64,000 bases of DNA. Origin: Planctomycetota bacterium (GTDB lineage: Bacteria > Planctomycetota > UBA1135 > UBA2386). The notes below the pieces were generated by a model. It saw only the letters and a list, made by a program, of their open reading frames with translations. It was not told the origin of the DNA and ran no database searches. The stretch lies in the NCBI GenBank assembly GCA_046290465.1, contig JBKAGP010000001.1:992001-1056000 (forward strand), given 5' to 3'. Positions within the stretch are counted from its first letter, which is position 1; the number at the start of each line of letters is the position of its first letter. The position numbers were made by a program, and so were the translations under genes. Below are positions 28,473-37,594 of this stretch, in pieces.

Positions 28473-29474
28473 CTAGCGACCGGGATCTGGCATACCGGCC
28501 GCGAGCCGACGCAGCAGCGACAGCTGCAGCCCCATCACCCGCCGCAGCCGCTCCAGCTGCGCTGCCAGCTGCTCGTTCTCGCTCTGCTCCGGCGCAGCAT
28601 CGTCGACGCGCGTCGCCAGCACCTCGTCGAAGTCGACGTCGGGGAAACAGCGCGCATGCAGCGCGCGGTTGTCGTCGTCGTAGCGGTCTCGCACCTGCTC
28701 GACCAGCGCGCGCGGCAGCCTGGGTCGATCGGTCGCGACCGCCCCGTGGCCCTTCAGCCAGTCGCCGAGGCCGGTGTCGTGGATGTCCTCGAACAAGAAC
28801 GAGCTGTCGGCGAACACCTCCAGCACGCCCCAGTCGAGCATCGGGTTGCGCGAGGCCTCGAGCTTCGGCTCGAGGTCGGCGTAGCCCAGCGCCGCGAACA
28901 GGTCGCGCACCACGTCGCCGTCGCGCAGCGCGCTCGGGTGCAGCGGCCGCACGTGCATCGCGTGCGCGAACGCGGCCCACTTGTCGGCGACCTTGCGGTA
29001 GGCCGGCCGGCCGAGTTCGAACTCGCGCTCGACGAACGGCGCGAGCGGCTTGCCCTCGAGGCAGCCCCACTGCGCCCACGCGCTGACCAGGAAGTCCTGC
29101 GGCCGCCGCACGTAGTCGACGACCTCGACGCGGTAGCCGTGGGCCAGCGCCTTGGCGAGGAACTCGCCCTTCGGATTGGCGAGGCTCTCGGCCGAGATGA
29201 TCAGGTGGTCGTAGCGTGCCGGCAGGTCGGCGCTCTGGGCGTGGATGTGCTGCACCGCGTCGCGCAGGCCGGCCTCGCCCCGCGCCACCATGTCGGCGAC
29301 GTAGAACGTCGGCGTGCCGTCGAGCCGGCCTTCGGTCACGAACCGCATCGAACGGTCGGCGACCAGCGCGCCGCGCGCGCGCAGCGCGTCGAGGTTGGCG
29401 GCGAGCGCCGCCTGCAGCGTCGTGCTGGCGCACTTCGGGTGCCCGATGTGGATCGTGATGCGTCGCTCGGCCAA
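28473..29474 (-). CDS. sulfotransferase-like P-loop protein
   Basis: 'IHIGHPKCASTTLQ', 'IISAESL', 'YVRRPQDFLVSAWAQ'. Confidence 0.65.
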   Translation of the reverse strand: MAERRITIHIGHPKCASTTLQAALAANLDALRARGALVADRSMRFVTEGRLDGTPTFYVADMVARGEAGLRDAVQHIHAQSADLPARYDHLIISAESLANPKGEFLAKALAHGYRVEVVDYVRRPQDFLVSAWAQWGCLEGKPLAPFVEREFELGRPAYRKVADKWAAFAHAMHVRPLHPSALRDGDVVRDLFAALGYADLEPKLEASRNPMLDWGVLEVFADSSFLFEDIHDTGLGDWLKGHGAVATDRPRLPRALVEQVRDRYDDDNRALHARCFPDVDFDEVLATRVDDAAPEQSENEQLAAQLERLRRVMGLQLSLLRRLAAGMPDPGR

Positions 29475-29646
29475 GCCCGAAACGTACCGTTCTCACGACG
29501 CGCAGAGAAGCGCGGGAGCATTCCTGACCGGCGGATTGACGCGGGCGCCGATCCTGCACATCGTACCGTGCGTCGCGCCGGGCCTGTCCGCGGCCGGCCC
29601 GACCGAACTCGTTCCCACGCCCCTCCCCGCGGCCCCGATCCCGACC

Positions 29647-30948
29647 ATGCCCAAGCCCACCCGTCGCCAGTTCCTCGCGACCTCCTCCACCGCCGTACTC
29701 GGCACCGGCCTGTCCGCTTCGATGGTTCCGAACGTGCACGTCGGCGGCCGCGAAGAGATCCGCGTCGCGCTCGTCGGCTGCGGTGGCCGCGGCACCGGCG
29801 CCGTCGCGCAGATCTTCAACACCAAGGGCGTGACCCGGCTGGTCGCGGTCGCCGACGCGTTCGAGGAGAAGGCCAAGAACGCGGTCAAGAACCTGACCAA
29901 CCACGCCAAGGAGAAGGTCGACGTCCCCGAAGAGCGCATCTTTTCCGGCCTCGACGCCTACAAGAAGGCGATCGACAGCGAGTGCGACCTGGTCGTCATC
30001 GCGACGCCGCCGGGCTTCAAGCCGCAGCAGTTCGACTACGCGATCCAGGCCAACAAGCACGTCTTCATGGAGAAGCCGGTCGCGGTCGACGCCCCCGGCA
30101 TCCGCCGCGTGCTGGCCGCCGTCGAGCGTTCGAAGAAGCAGCAACGCATGGTCGCGATCGGCCTGCAGCGGCGCCACGAGCCGAAGTACGTCGAGACGAT
30201 GAAGCGCATCCACGACGGTGCGATCGGCGACGTGATCCTGTCGCGCGTCTACTGGAACGGCGGCGGCATCTGGTACCGCAACAAGAAGCCCGGGATGACC
30301 GAGATGGAGTTCCAGTGCAACAACTGGTACCACTTCAACTGGGTCTGCGGCGACCAGATCGTCGAGCAGCACATCCACAACCTCGACGTCGGCTGCTGGG
30401 CCAAGAACGCCTACCCGGTCTCGTGCAACGGCATGGGCGGCGGCGAACAGCGCATGGGCGGTGACCGCACCAAGTCGCAGATCTTCGACCACACGTTCTG
30501 CGAGTACACGTTCGCCGACGGCTCGAAGATGTACAGCCAGGGCCGCCACCTGCGCGGCGGCTGGAACAACGTCGGCGAGGCGCTGCACGGCACCCAGGGC
30601 ACCGCGATCCCCGCCGGCCGCATCGACGGCGCCAACGCCTGGCGCTTCCAGGGCCGCAGCCCCGGTGGCCACCAGCAGGAGCAGCACGACATGATCGACG
30701 CGCTGATGCAGGGCAAGATCTACAACGAGGGCGAGTACGGCGCGCACTCGACGTTCTGCGCGATCCTCGGCCGCGAGGCCTGCTACTCCGGCAAGGTGAT
30801 CAAGTGGGACGACCTGCTCGAACGCGGCCGCGACCTGACGCCGGGCATCGACACCTACACGATGGACTCGGTGCCGCCGTGCGTGCCGGGCAAGGACGGC
30901 AAGTACCCGGTGCCGGTCCCGGGCAACTACAACCCGTTCGCCGGCTAG
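29647..30948 (+). CDS. Tat-exported Gfo/Idh/MocA-family oxidoreductase
   Basis: Tat motif TRRQFL; 'LVGCGGRGTGA', 'IATPPGF', 'KHVFMEKP', 'GDQIVEQHIHNLD'. Confidence 0.92.
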   Translation: MPKPTRRQFLATSSTAVLGTGLSASMVPNVHVGGREEIRVALVGCGGRGTGAVAQIFNTKGVTRLVAVADAFEEKAKNAVKNLTNHAKEKVDVPEERIFSGLDAYKKAIDSECDLVVIATPPGFKPQQFDYAIQANKHVFMEKPVAVDAPGIRRVLAAVERSKKQQRMVAIGLQRRHEPKYVETMKRIHDGAIGDVILSRVYWNGGGIWYRNKKPGMTEMEFQCNNWYHFNWVCGDQIVEQHIHNLDVGCWAKNAYPVSCNGMGGGEQRMGGDRTKSQIFDHTFCEYTFADGSKMYSQGRHLRGGWNNVGEALHGTQGTAIPAGRIDGANAWRFQGRSPGGHQQEQHDMIDALMQGKIYNEGEYGAHSTFCAILGREACYSGKVIKWDDLLERGRDLTPGIDTYTMDSVPPCVPGKDGKYPVPVPGNYNPFAG

Positions 30949-30965
30949 GCGGCCAGCGGCCGCCC

Positions 30966-31697
30966 GTGCAGCACGGCACCTTCCAGCCGACCCGATGGTC
31001 GATGGTGCGCGGGGCGGGCTCGTCCGACCCCGCGGTGCGCCACGCCGCGCTCGAACGGCTGTGCGCGCAGTACTGGTATCCGCTCTACACCTACCAGCGG
31101 CGGCGCGGCCGCGAGCCCGACGAGGCGGCCGACAGCGTGCAGGACCTGTTCGCGCACCTGCTCGACGGCGACCGCTTCGCGTCGCTCGACGAGGGCGGCG
31201 GCCGGTTCCGCAACTGGCTGCTGACCGTGCTGCAGAACCACGAACGCGACCGGCGCGACCGCGACCGCGCCCACAAGCGCGGCGGTGGCGTCGCGAGGAT
31301 CCCGATCGACGGCGCCGAGGGCGAACGCCGGCTGCAGCTGCACGGCGACGCGACGGGCGATCCGCAGGTCGCGTTCGAGCGCGCCTGGGCCCACGAGACC
31401 CTGCGCATGGCGCGCGACCTGCTGCAGCAGGAGATGGCGGGCCACGGCAAGGCCCCCTTGTTCGACGCCCTGGCGCCGCTGCTCGACCAGCAGGCCGCGC
31501 CGCCACACGCCGAGATCGCCCAACGGCTCGGGATCCGGGCGGTCACGCTGCGGGTCACGCTGCACCGCATGCGAACGCGCTACCGCGAACTGCTGGTCGC
31601 GGTGGTCGCCGAATCGCTCGGGGAGCGGACCGAGGCCGGCGCCGAGCTCGAGGCGCTGGCGGCGGCGCTCGCCGGAAAATCGGGCGTGCGCTCGTAA
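30966..31697 (+). CDS. ECF sigma factor (kinase-associated type)
   Basis: 'FQPTRWSMV', 'ALERLC..YWYPLY.Y.RRRG', 'GRFRNWLL', and region 4 'HAEIAQRLGI....RV.LHRMRTRY'. Directly upstream of a Ser/Thr kinase. Confidence 0.85.
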   Translation: MQHGTFQPTRWSMVRGAGSSDPAVRHAALERLCAQYWYPLYTYQRRRGREPDEAADSVQDLFAHLLDGDRFASLDEGGGRFRNWLLTVLQNHERDRRDRDRAHKRGGGVARIPIDGAEGERRLQLHGDATGDPQVAFERAWAHETLRMARDLLQQEMAGHGKAPLFDALAPLLDQQAAPPHAEIAQRLGIRAVTLRVTLHRMRTRYRELLVAVVAESLGERTEAGAELEALAAALAGKSGVRS

Positions 31698-31727
31698 CGT
31701 TCGCCCGCCGCTGCCGTGACCCGAGGC

Positions 31728-33479
31728 ATGAACGACCACCACAGCCGTCCCGGCGAGCACCACCTGGCCGAGGCCGCCGCCGAGCAACAGCAACGGCAGG
31801 GCATGCACGCCCTGCGCACGCAGGTGCAGGCGCACCTGCCCGACTTCGAACTGGGCGAGTGCATCGGCCGCGGCGGCATGGGCGCCGTGTTCCGCGCGCG
31901 GCAGCGCAACCTCGACCGGACCGTCGCCGTCAAGGTGCTGCTGCCGCCGCCCGGCGAGGTCGCCGGCTGGGGCGACCGCTTCCGCCGCGAGGCCCAGGCG
32001 CTGGCGCGGCTGCAGCATCCGGGCATCGTCACCGTGCACGACTACGGCCAGGTCGGCGAGCTCGCGTGGCTGGTGATGGAGCTGGTCGAGGGCACCAACC
32101 TGCGCACGCTGCTCGACGAGGGCCACCTGCAGCCGTCCGAGGCGCTGGCGATCGTGCCGCCGGTCTGCGAAGCGCTGCAGTACGCGCACGACCGCGGCAT
32201 CGTGCACCGCGACGTCAAGCCCGAGAACGTGCTGCTGGACCTCGACGGCCGCGTCAAGCTGGTCGACTTCGGCCTGGCCAAGCTGACCGCCAACGACCCG
32301 CACAACCTGACCCGTAGCGACCAGGCGATGGGCACGCCGCGCTACATGGCGCCCGAGCAGCTCGAACGGCCGCTCGAGGTCGACCACCGCGCCGACATCT
32401 TCTCGCTCGGGGTCGTGCTCTACGAGATGTTGACCGGCCAGGTGCCGGCCGGCGTCGTCGAGCCACCGTCGCGCAAGGTCGGCAGCGATGTCCGCCTCGA
32501 CCAGGTCGTGATGCGGGCGCTGCAGCGCGAACCGGCGCAGCGCTACCAGAGCGCCGCGGAGCTCGAGACCGGGGTCCGACAGATCGAGCCGCGCGCCGCG
32601 GCCGGGCCGGCCGGGCCGCGACCGCGCGAGGCCGCTGCCGAGGGCAGCCTGACGGCCAACGGCTGGACGTTCGCCGACCTGGTCGCCGTGCTGGTGCTGC
32701 CGGTGACGCTGTTCCTGGTGGCGGCGCTGCAGCCGCGCTACCGCAGCGTCGCCGAGTCCGCAGAGGGCTGGAGCCTGCTGCTGCCGTGGGTGTTCGTCGG
32801 CGCGTTCTGGCTGACGCTGCCGTTCACGAGCACGCTGCACTGGCTGTTCGGCCGGCGCCGCACCGTGGCGCTGTCGATGCCGATGGTGCGGGTCGCGGTC
32901 ACCGTGCTCGGCACCTGCCTGATGCTGCTGGTCTACGCGTGGACGCGGCAGCGTCAGGGCCTGCCGGCGGCATCGACCGAGAACGGCCACACGATGATCA
33001 CGATGCTGCGCCTGGTGCTGCTGCCTACGATGACGGTCGCGGCGATCGCCGGCGCCTGGAGCCGCCGCGGCGCCCACCGGGTGCTGCTCGCGCCGCCGAC
33101 CGCGGCGCTGCTGACGCTGTGCGCGGGCGCGCTGGCGGCGATCCCGGCGTGCATCGGCCTGGCCGCGTCGCTGAGCACCGCGATCGACCTGGTCTCGCTG
33201 TCGGCCGTGCACTCCCGCAGCCTGCCGATGATGGCGCAGGTGCCGGCGATCCTCGGCGGCCTCAGCGCACTGCACCTGCACCGCCAGGGTCACCGCCGCG
33301 CCGCGACGCTGGCGCTGACGGCCGGCGTCGTGGTCACCGCGGTCGTGCACGTGCTCGCCCAGCTCTCCTACGGCGAATGGACGCTGGCGGCCTACGGCGG
33401 CCTGTTGTTCGCGTCGCTGCTCGGCCTGGTGGCGCTCGCCGGCACGGCGGCGCCGATCGCGCGCGACGCCGACGGCTAG
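31728..33479 (+). CDS. Ser/Thr protein kinase with multi-TM C-terminal region
   Basis: GRGGMG, AVK, HRDVKPEN, DFG, GTPRYMAPE, DIFSLG; several hydrophobic helices after the kinase domain. Confidence 0.93.
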   Translation: MNDHHSRPGEHHLAEAAAEQQQRQGMHALRTQVQAHLPDFELGECIGRGGMGAVFRARQRNLDRTVAVKVLLPPPGEVAGWGDRFRREAQALARLQHPGIVTVHDYGQVGELAWLVMELVEGTNLRTLLDEGHLQPSEALAIVPPVCEALQYAHDRGIVHRDVKPENVLLDLDGRVKLVDFGLAKLTANDPHNLTRSDQAMGTPRYMAPEQLERPLEVDHRADIFSLGVVLYEMLTGQVPAGVVEPPSRKVGSDVRLDQVVMRALQREPAQRYQSAAELETGVRQIEPRAAAGPAGPRPREAAAEGSLTANGWTFADLVAVLVLPVTLFLVAALQPRYRSVAESAEGWSLLLPWVFVGAFWLTLPFTSTLHWLFGRRRTVALSMPMVRVAVTVLGTCLMLLVYAWTRQRQGLPAASTENGHTMITMLRLVLLPTMTVAAIAGAWSRRGAHRVLLAPPTAALLTLCAGALAAIPACIGLAASLSTAIDLVSLSAVHSRSLPMMAQVPAILGGLSALHLHRQGHRRAATLALTAGVVVTAVVHVLAQLSYGEWTLAAYGGLLFASLLGLVALAGTAAPIARDADG

Positions 33480-33544
33480 GAGCGCGTCCATGTGGTGGAC
33501 GCGCTGCCAACCGTGATCACGGAAGCGGCGTGTACGCGTGCTAG
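33476..33544 (+). repeat. CTAG-bounded hairpin repeat (REP/MITE-like), copy 1
   Basis: 33476-33541 matches the reverse complement of 50965-51030 at 63/66 positions. 10-bp stem AGCGCGTCCA/TGGACGCGCT; CTAG at both ends. Confidence 0.8.
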
Positions 33545-34716
33545 CGGAAGCCGTCGCCGGCCAGGATCGGCTCGCGCCGCGCGCCGATGTTGACGCAGAT
33601 CGCCAGCGCCAGCAGCATCGCCATCGTCGAACTGCCGCCGTAGCTGATCAGCGGCATCGGCAGGCCGGTGCTGGGCACCAGCCAGCCGCAGACCGCGACG
33701 TGGAACAGGCTCTGGGCGCCGAACCACGCGGCGACGCCGACACAGACCAGCTTGCCGAACCGTTCGCGGGTGCGCATCGCGATCGACAGCAGGCCGTAGA
33801 CCAGCGCCGCGACCAGCGACAGCACCAGCAGCACGCCGAGGAAGCCGCCTTCCTCGCCGACCACCGCGAACACGTAGTCCTCGCTGCGGTACGGCAGGAA
33901 GTCGTAGCGGTTCTGCGGCCCCTGGCCGAGGCCGAAGCCCCCGAAGCCGCCGGCCCCCATCGCGATCAGCGCCTGCCACGGCTGGTAGCCGGCGTCGCGC
34001 AGCACGTTGCGCACCTCGTGTGTGTGCAGGTTGCTGTCGTTCCAACCCCAGTGCTGGATCCAGACGTCGATGCGCTCGCGCTGGTACTCGTGCATCAGTT
34101 CGAAGTAGGCGACCACCAGCACCAGCGCCGAGATGCCCATCAACAGCAGGATGCTGCGCGCCGGCGCGCCGGCGGCGAAGCACATCGCCAGCAGCACCAC
34201 GCCGAACACGATCGAGCTGCCGAGGTCCGGCTGCTTGAGGATCAACAGCGCCGGCACCGCCGCCACCAGCATCGGCACCAGCAGCCCGTCGAACGTCCTG
34301 GCGCGGCTCTTGAAGCGCAGCATCGCGGCCAGCGCCAGCACCACCGCGATCTTGGCGAACTCGCTCGGCTGGATCGAGAAGCCGGGGAACGCATACCACC
34401 GCCGCGCGCCGTTGATCTCCGGCGCGAAGAACGGCAGCCCCACTAGCGCCAGCACCGCCGCTCCGTAGAGCACCCACGCGCCGCGCAGGATGTGCACGTA
34501 GTGTGGCAGGATCACGAAGCAGCCGACCCCAAGGCCGACCGCGACGAACAGCGCCTGGCGGCCCTGCTGGGCGCCGAACACGGCGTCGTCGGCGGTCGCC
34601 GAGCCGATGAACACCAGCCCGGTCAGGCACAGCGCCAGCACGGTCAGCACCAGCCAGCCGTCGATGTTCTGCAGCAGGCGGCGGCGCCGTTCGGAAGCAT
34701 CCGAGAACGTGCTCAT
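33541..34716 (-). CDS. rodA: rod shape-determining SEDS glycosyltransferase RodA
   Basis: 'GARRW...SIQPSEFAK', 'KQPDLG', 'GYQ..QALIAMGAGG', 'DYVFAVVGEEGG', 'TGLPMPLISYGGSS'; follows the PBP2 gene. Confidence 0.92.
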   Translation of the reverse strand: MSTFSDASERRRRLLQNIDGWLVLTVLALCLTGLVFIGSATADDAVFGAQQGRQALFVAVGLGVGCFVILPHYVHILRGAWVLYGAAVLALVGLPFFAPEINGARRWYAFPGFSIQPSEFAKIAVVLALAAMLRFKSRARTFDGLLVPMLVAAVPALLILKQPDLGSSIVFGVVLLAMCFAAGAPARSILLLMGISALVLVVAYFELMHEYQRERIDVWIQHWGWNDSNLHTHEVRNVLRDAGYQPWQALIAMGAGGFGGFGLGQGPQNRYDFLPYRSEDYVFAVVGEEGGFLGVLLVLSLVAALVYGLLSIAMRTRERFGKLVCVGVAAWFGAQSLFHVAVCGWLVPSTGLPMPLISYGGSSTMAMLLALAICVNIGARREPILAGDGFR

Positions 34717-37097
34717 CGCGGCAGGTACCTCCACTTCAGTTCGGCGTCGCGCGCGACCTCGGCGAACAGGCCCTCGAGCATCTCGCCAGCGGCGCCGGCA
34801 CCGTGGGTCTGGTCCGGCACGTAGTAGACGACGCCGCAGAACGCCAGCTGGTGGCCGCCGGCCGACGGCGCAGGCAGGTAGCCGGCGAACCACGCGTTGT
34901 TGTCGCCGTCGTTGCTGCGCTCGGCGGTGCCGGTCTTGCCGCGCGCGCCGAGGCTCTGCAGCAGATCGAGTTCCTTGCCGGTACCGCGCACCAGCACGTC
35001 CTGCAGGCCGGTGCGCACCAGCTGCATGGTCTGCTCCGAGATCGCCGGCGTGATCCGGTCGCGCTGCTCGCCGGCGCGCAGGCCGAGCGTCGGCAGCGCG
35101 CCGGTCGCAAGCGCGGCATCGGCGCGCGCCACGATCAGCGGCGAGGCCTGCATGCCGTAGCCGATCGCCTGGCTCGGCAGGATCCGATCGCCGTCGAGGT
35201 TGGAGTGCGCAACCGAGATGCCGGGGACCTGGCCCTGCCAGCACGGCTGCCACTTCGGCGCGGTCTCGGTGGGATCGAGCAGCCCGAAGCGATGGTAGGC
35301 GCGCTGCACGCCCTCGACGCCGATGCCGACCCCGACCTGGTAGAAGAAGCAGTTGCACGACTTGGCCAGCGCGTGCCGCGGGTGCTGGCCCTCGCCCCAG
35401 TGCGCACCGTCGCAGCGCAGCCGGTGGCCCTGGTAGACGAACCGGCCGCTGCACATCTCGATGTCCTTGGGCGCGATGTGGGGCCGGCCGAGCCGCAGGC
35501 TCTCGAGGTGTTCGGCCAGGATGAACGGCTTGGCGACCGAGCCGATCGAGCCGTTGCCGACCCACATCACGCCCGGCACGTGGCGCGCGTTGTCGGTCTC
35601 GATCGGCGCGCCGGCGCACGCCAGCACGTCCCCGGTGAGGGCGTCGATGATCGCGATCGCCGCCTCGACGCGCCGCGCCTTGTCCGGGTCATCGTGGCGC
35701 GAACGGTAGAGCTGCCAGTTGGCCTCGACGGCGCGTTCGGCGATCGCCTGCAGCCGCGAGTCGATCGTGATGCGCACGTCGTCGCCGGACTCGACCTGCA
35801 GGTGGCTCCACAGCGCGTGCTCGCGCCGGTTGCCGTCGTGCTCGACGAAGCGCATGCCGAGCTGCCCCATCAGGGCGTCGTTGAACCAGGCTTCGAAGCC
35901 GGTGACCCCGCGCCGTTCGCGCGTCATCAGCTCGCGCTCGTAGCGGCGCCGCGCCTCTTCGATCATCAGCAGGCGGGTCTCGTCGGCGACCAGCCCCTCG
36001 GGCACCAGCTGCCTGGCCCAGCTCGCCGGCATCTGCTCGTCCATGTAGGTCTGCACCCACGTCGGCGGCTTCTGCCCGGTCAGCAGCACGCGCATGCGGT
36101 TGCGTTCGGCGACCGTGCGGTCGAGCCAGTTGACGCGGCCGACCAGCGCGTCGTAGGCGGTCTTCGGCGCCAGCGTCGAGACCCGTCGCACCGACGGGGC
36201 CACCGCGATGCCGGCGTAGCGCCGGTCCTCGACGCGCAGCACCGCGGCGATGTCGAACGACACCTCGTCGGCGAGCGGCGTGCGCAGCTCCTCGACGTAG
36301 CTGCCCTTGCGCTCGACGCCCTGATCGTCCAGCCACGAGACCTGCTCCTTGTTGAGGCTGGCCACGCACAGCTCGTCGAGCTTCTGCAGCAGTGTCGGGA
36401 TCGCCTCGGTCTGCAGGCCGCGACGATCGGCGTAGTCGACCTGCTGCGCGTAGAGCTTGTCGCTGAGGTCCCGCAGGTCTTGGAGCCGGCGGTCGAAGCG
36501 CAGCAGCAGCTGCTCGCGCGGCACGTCGAGCACGTCGCCGATGCCGAGCCGGCGGCCGCTCTGCGCGCCCTCGCGCATGGCCCGGTAGGCGTCGCGGCGC
36601 GACAGGTCGCCGACCAGCGACAGCACCGTGGTCGCGTAGGTCGCCAGCTGCGAGGTGACGTCCTTGGGCAGCACGCCGGGCTCGATCGCGCGCACCGGCA
36701 TCGAGAACAGGTCGCGCACCGCCTCGCGCGGCCCGTTGTCGCGGTCGTAGCCGTAGCGCTGGAACTCCATGCCCGGCTCGAGCCGCAGGCACACGGTGCC
36801 GCCGTGCACCGCCGCACCGATGCAGTTGCGCAGGCGGAAGCGCAGGTAGTGCACCGACACCCGCGTGGTCGGCTCGTCGTAGGCGAGCACCGCGCCGTGG
36901 CGGTCGAGCAGCCGGCCGCGCAGGCTCGGCACCGAACGGAACGCCCAGCGGTTCTCGTAGCTGCGCCGCGCCCAGACCTCCTGGTCGCGCACCATCAACA
37001 GCCACAGGTGCACCAGCACGACGCCGAGCGCCGCGGCGAACACGCCGGCGAGCACCCCGATGCGGGTGCCGGTGGTCGCACGCTGGGACTCGCTCAC
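34713..37097 (-). CDS. mrdA: class B penicillin-binding protein PBP2 (794 aa, enlarged N-terminal module)
   Basis: N-terminal TM; 'RGRLLDRHG', 'GVTGFEAWFNDALMG', SVAK, SCN and KTGT motifs, 'NAWFAGY'. Confidence 0.85.
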   Translation of the reverse strand: MSESQRATTGTRIGVLAGVFAAALGVVLVHLWLLMVRDQEVWARRSYENRWAFRSVPSLRGRLLDRHGAVLAYDEPTTRVSVHYLRFRLRNCIGAAVHGGTVCLRLEPGMEFQRYGYDRDNGPREAVRDLFSMPVRAIEPGVLPKDVTSQLATYATTVLSLVGDLSRRDAYRAMREGAQSGRRLGIGDVLDVPREQLLLRFDRRLQDLRDLSDKLYAQQVDYADRRGLQTEAIPTLLQKLDELCVASLNKEQVSWLDDQGVERKGSYVEELRTPLADEVSFDIAAVLRVEDRRYAGIAVAPSVRRVSTLAPKTAYDALVGRVNWLDRTVAERNRMRVLLTGQKPPTWVQTYMDEQMPASWARQLVPEGLVADETRLLMIEEARRRYERELMTRERRGVTGFEAWFNDALMGQLGMRFVEHDGNRREHALWSHLQVESGDDVRITIDSRLQAIAERAVEANWQLYRSRHDDPDKARRVEAAIAIIDALTGDVLACAGAPIETDNARHVPGVMWVGNGSIGSVAKPFILAEHLESLRLGRPHIAPKDIEMCSGRFVYQGHRLRCDGAHWGEGQHPRHALAKSCNCFFYQVGVGIGVEGVQRAYHRFGLLDPTETAPKWQPCWQGQVPGISVAHSNLDGDRILPSQAIGYGMQASPLIVARADAALATGALPTLGLRAGEQRDRITPAISEQTMQLVRTGLQDVLVRGTGKELDLLQSLGARGKTGTAERSNDGDNNAWFAGYLPAPSAGGHQLAFCGVVYYVPDQTHGAGAAGEMLEGLFAEVARDAELKWRYLPR

Positions 37098-37594
37098 GAC
37101 GGACCTCCCGGCAGCAGCTCGCCCGGTTCGGTGAACGCGCGGAACGGCGGCAGCAGGCGCACGGCCAGCAGCACCGGCGGCAGCAGCAGCGCCGCCCAGA
37201 CCACCTGCCAGCCGTCCAGCGTGGCGCTGGCCGACGGCTGGTCGAACAGGTGGCCACACAGCCGCGACAGCTGCGGGATCAGAATCGCCAGCAGCGCCGC
37301 CGCGACCGCCTGCCACAGCCAGCGCTGCGCGACGAACAGCGCGCGCAACGGCAGGAACGCGGCGACCGGTACGCCGACCACGAGCAGGTGCACCGGCAGC
37401 GACGCCTGGTCGACCAGGGCGCGGCCGATCGCCACGCCGAGCAGCAGGAACGGCAGCGTCGAGACCTGCGCGAACCACGCCAGGAACAGCGCCGACAGCA
37501 CCGCCATGTCGAGCGTCGGCAGCCCGAGGTCGCGCAGATAGCCGACCAGCAGGAAGCCCTGCGGCACGATCAGGAACCACCACAACCAGCGCAT
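37094..37594 (-). CDS. mreD: MreD-like membrane protein
   Basis: 166-aa multi-TM protein between the mreC-like gene and mrdA, translationally coupled on both sides. Assignment rests mainly on position and size. Confidence 0.6.
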   Translation of the reverse strand: MRWLWWFLIVPQGFLLVGYLRDLGLPTLDMAVLSALFLAWFAQVSTLPFLLLGVAIGRALVDQASLPVHLLVVGVPVAAFLPLRALFVAQRWLWQAVAAALLAILIPQLSRLCGHLFDQPSASATLDGWQVVWAALLLPPVLLAVRLLPPFRAFTEPGELLPGGPS

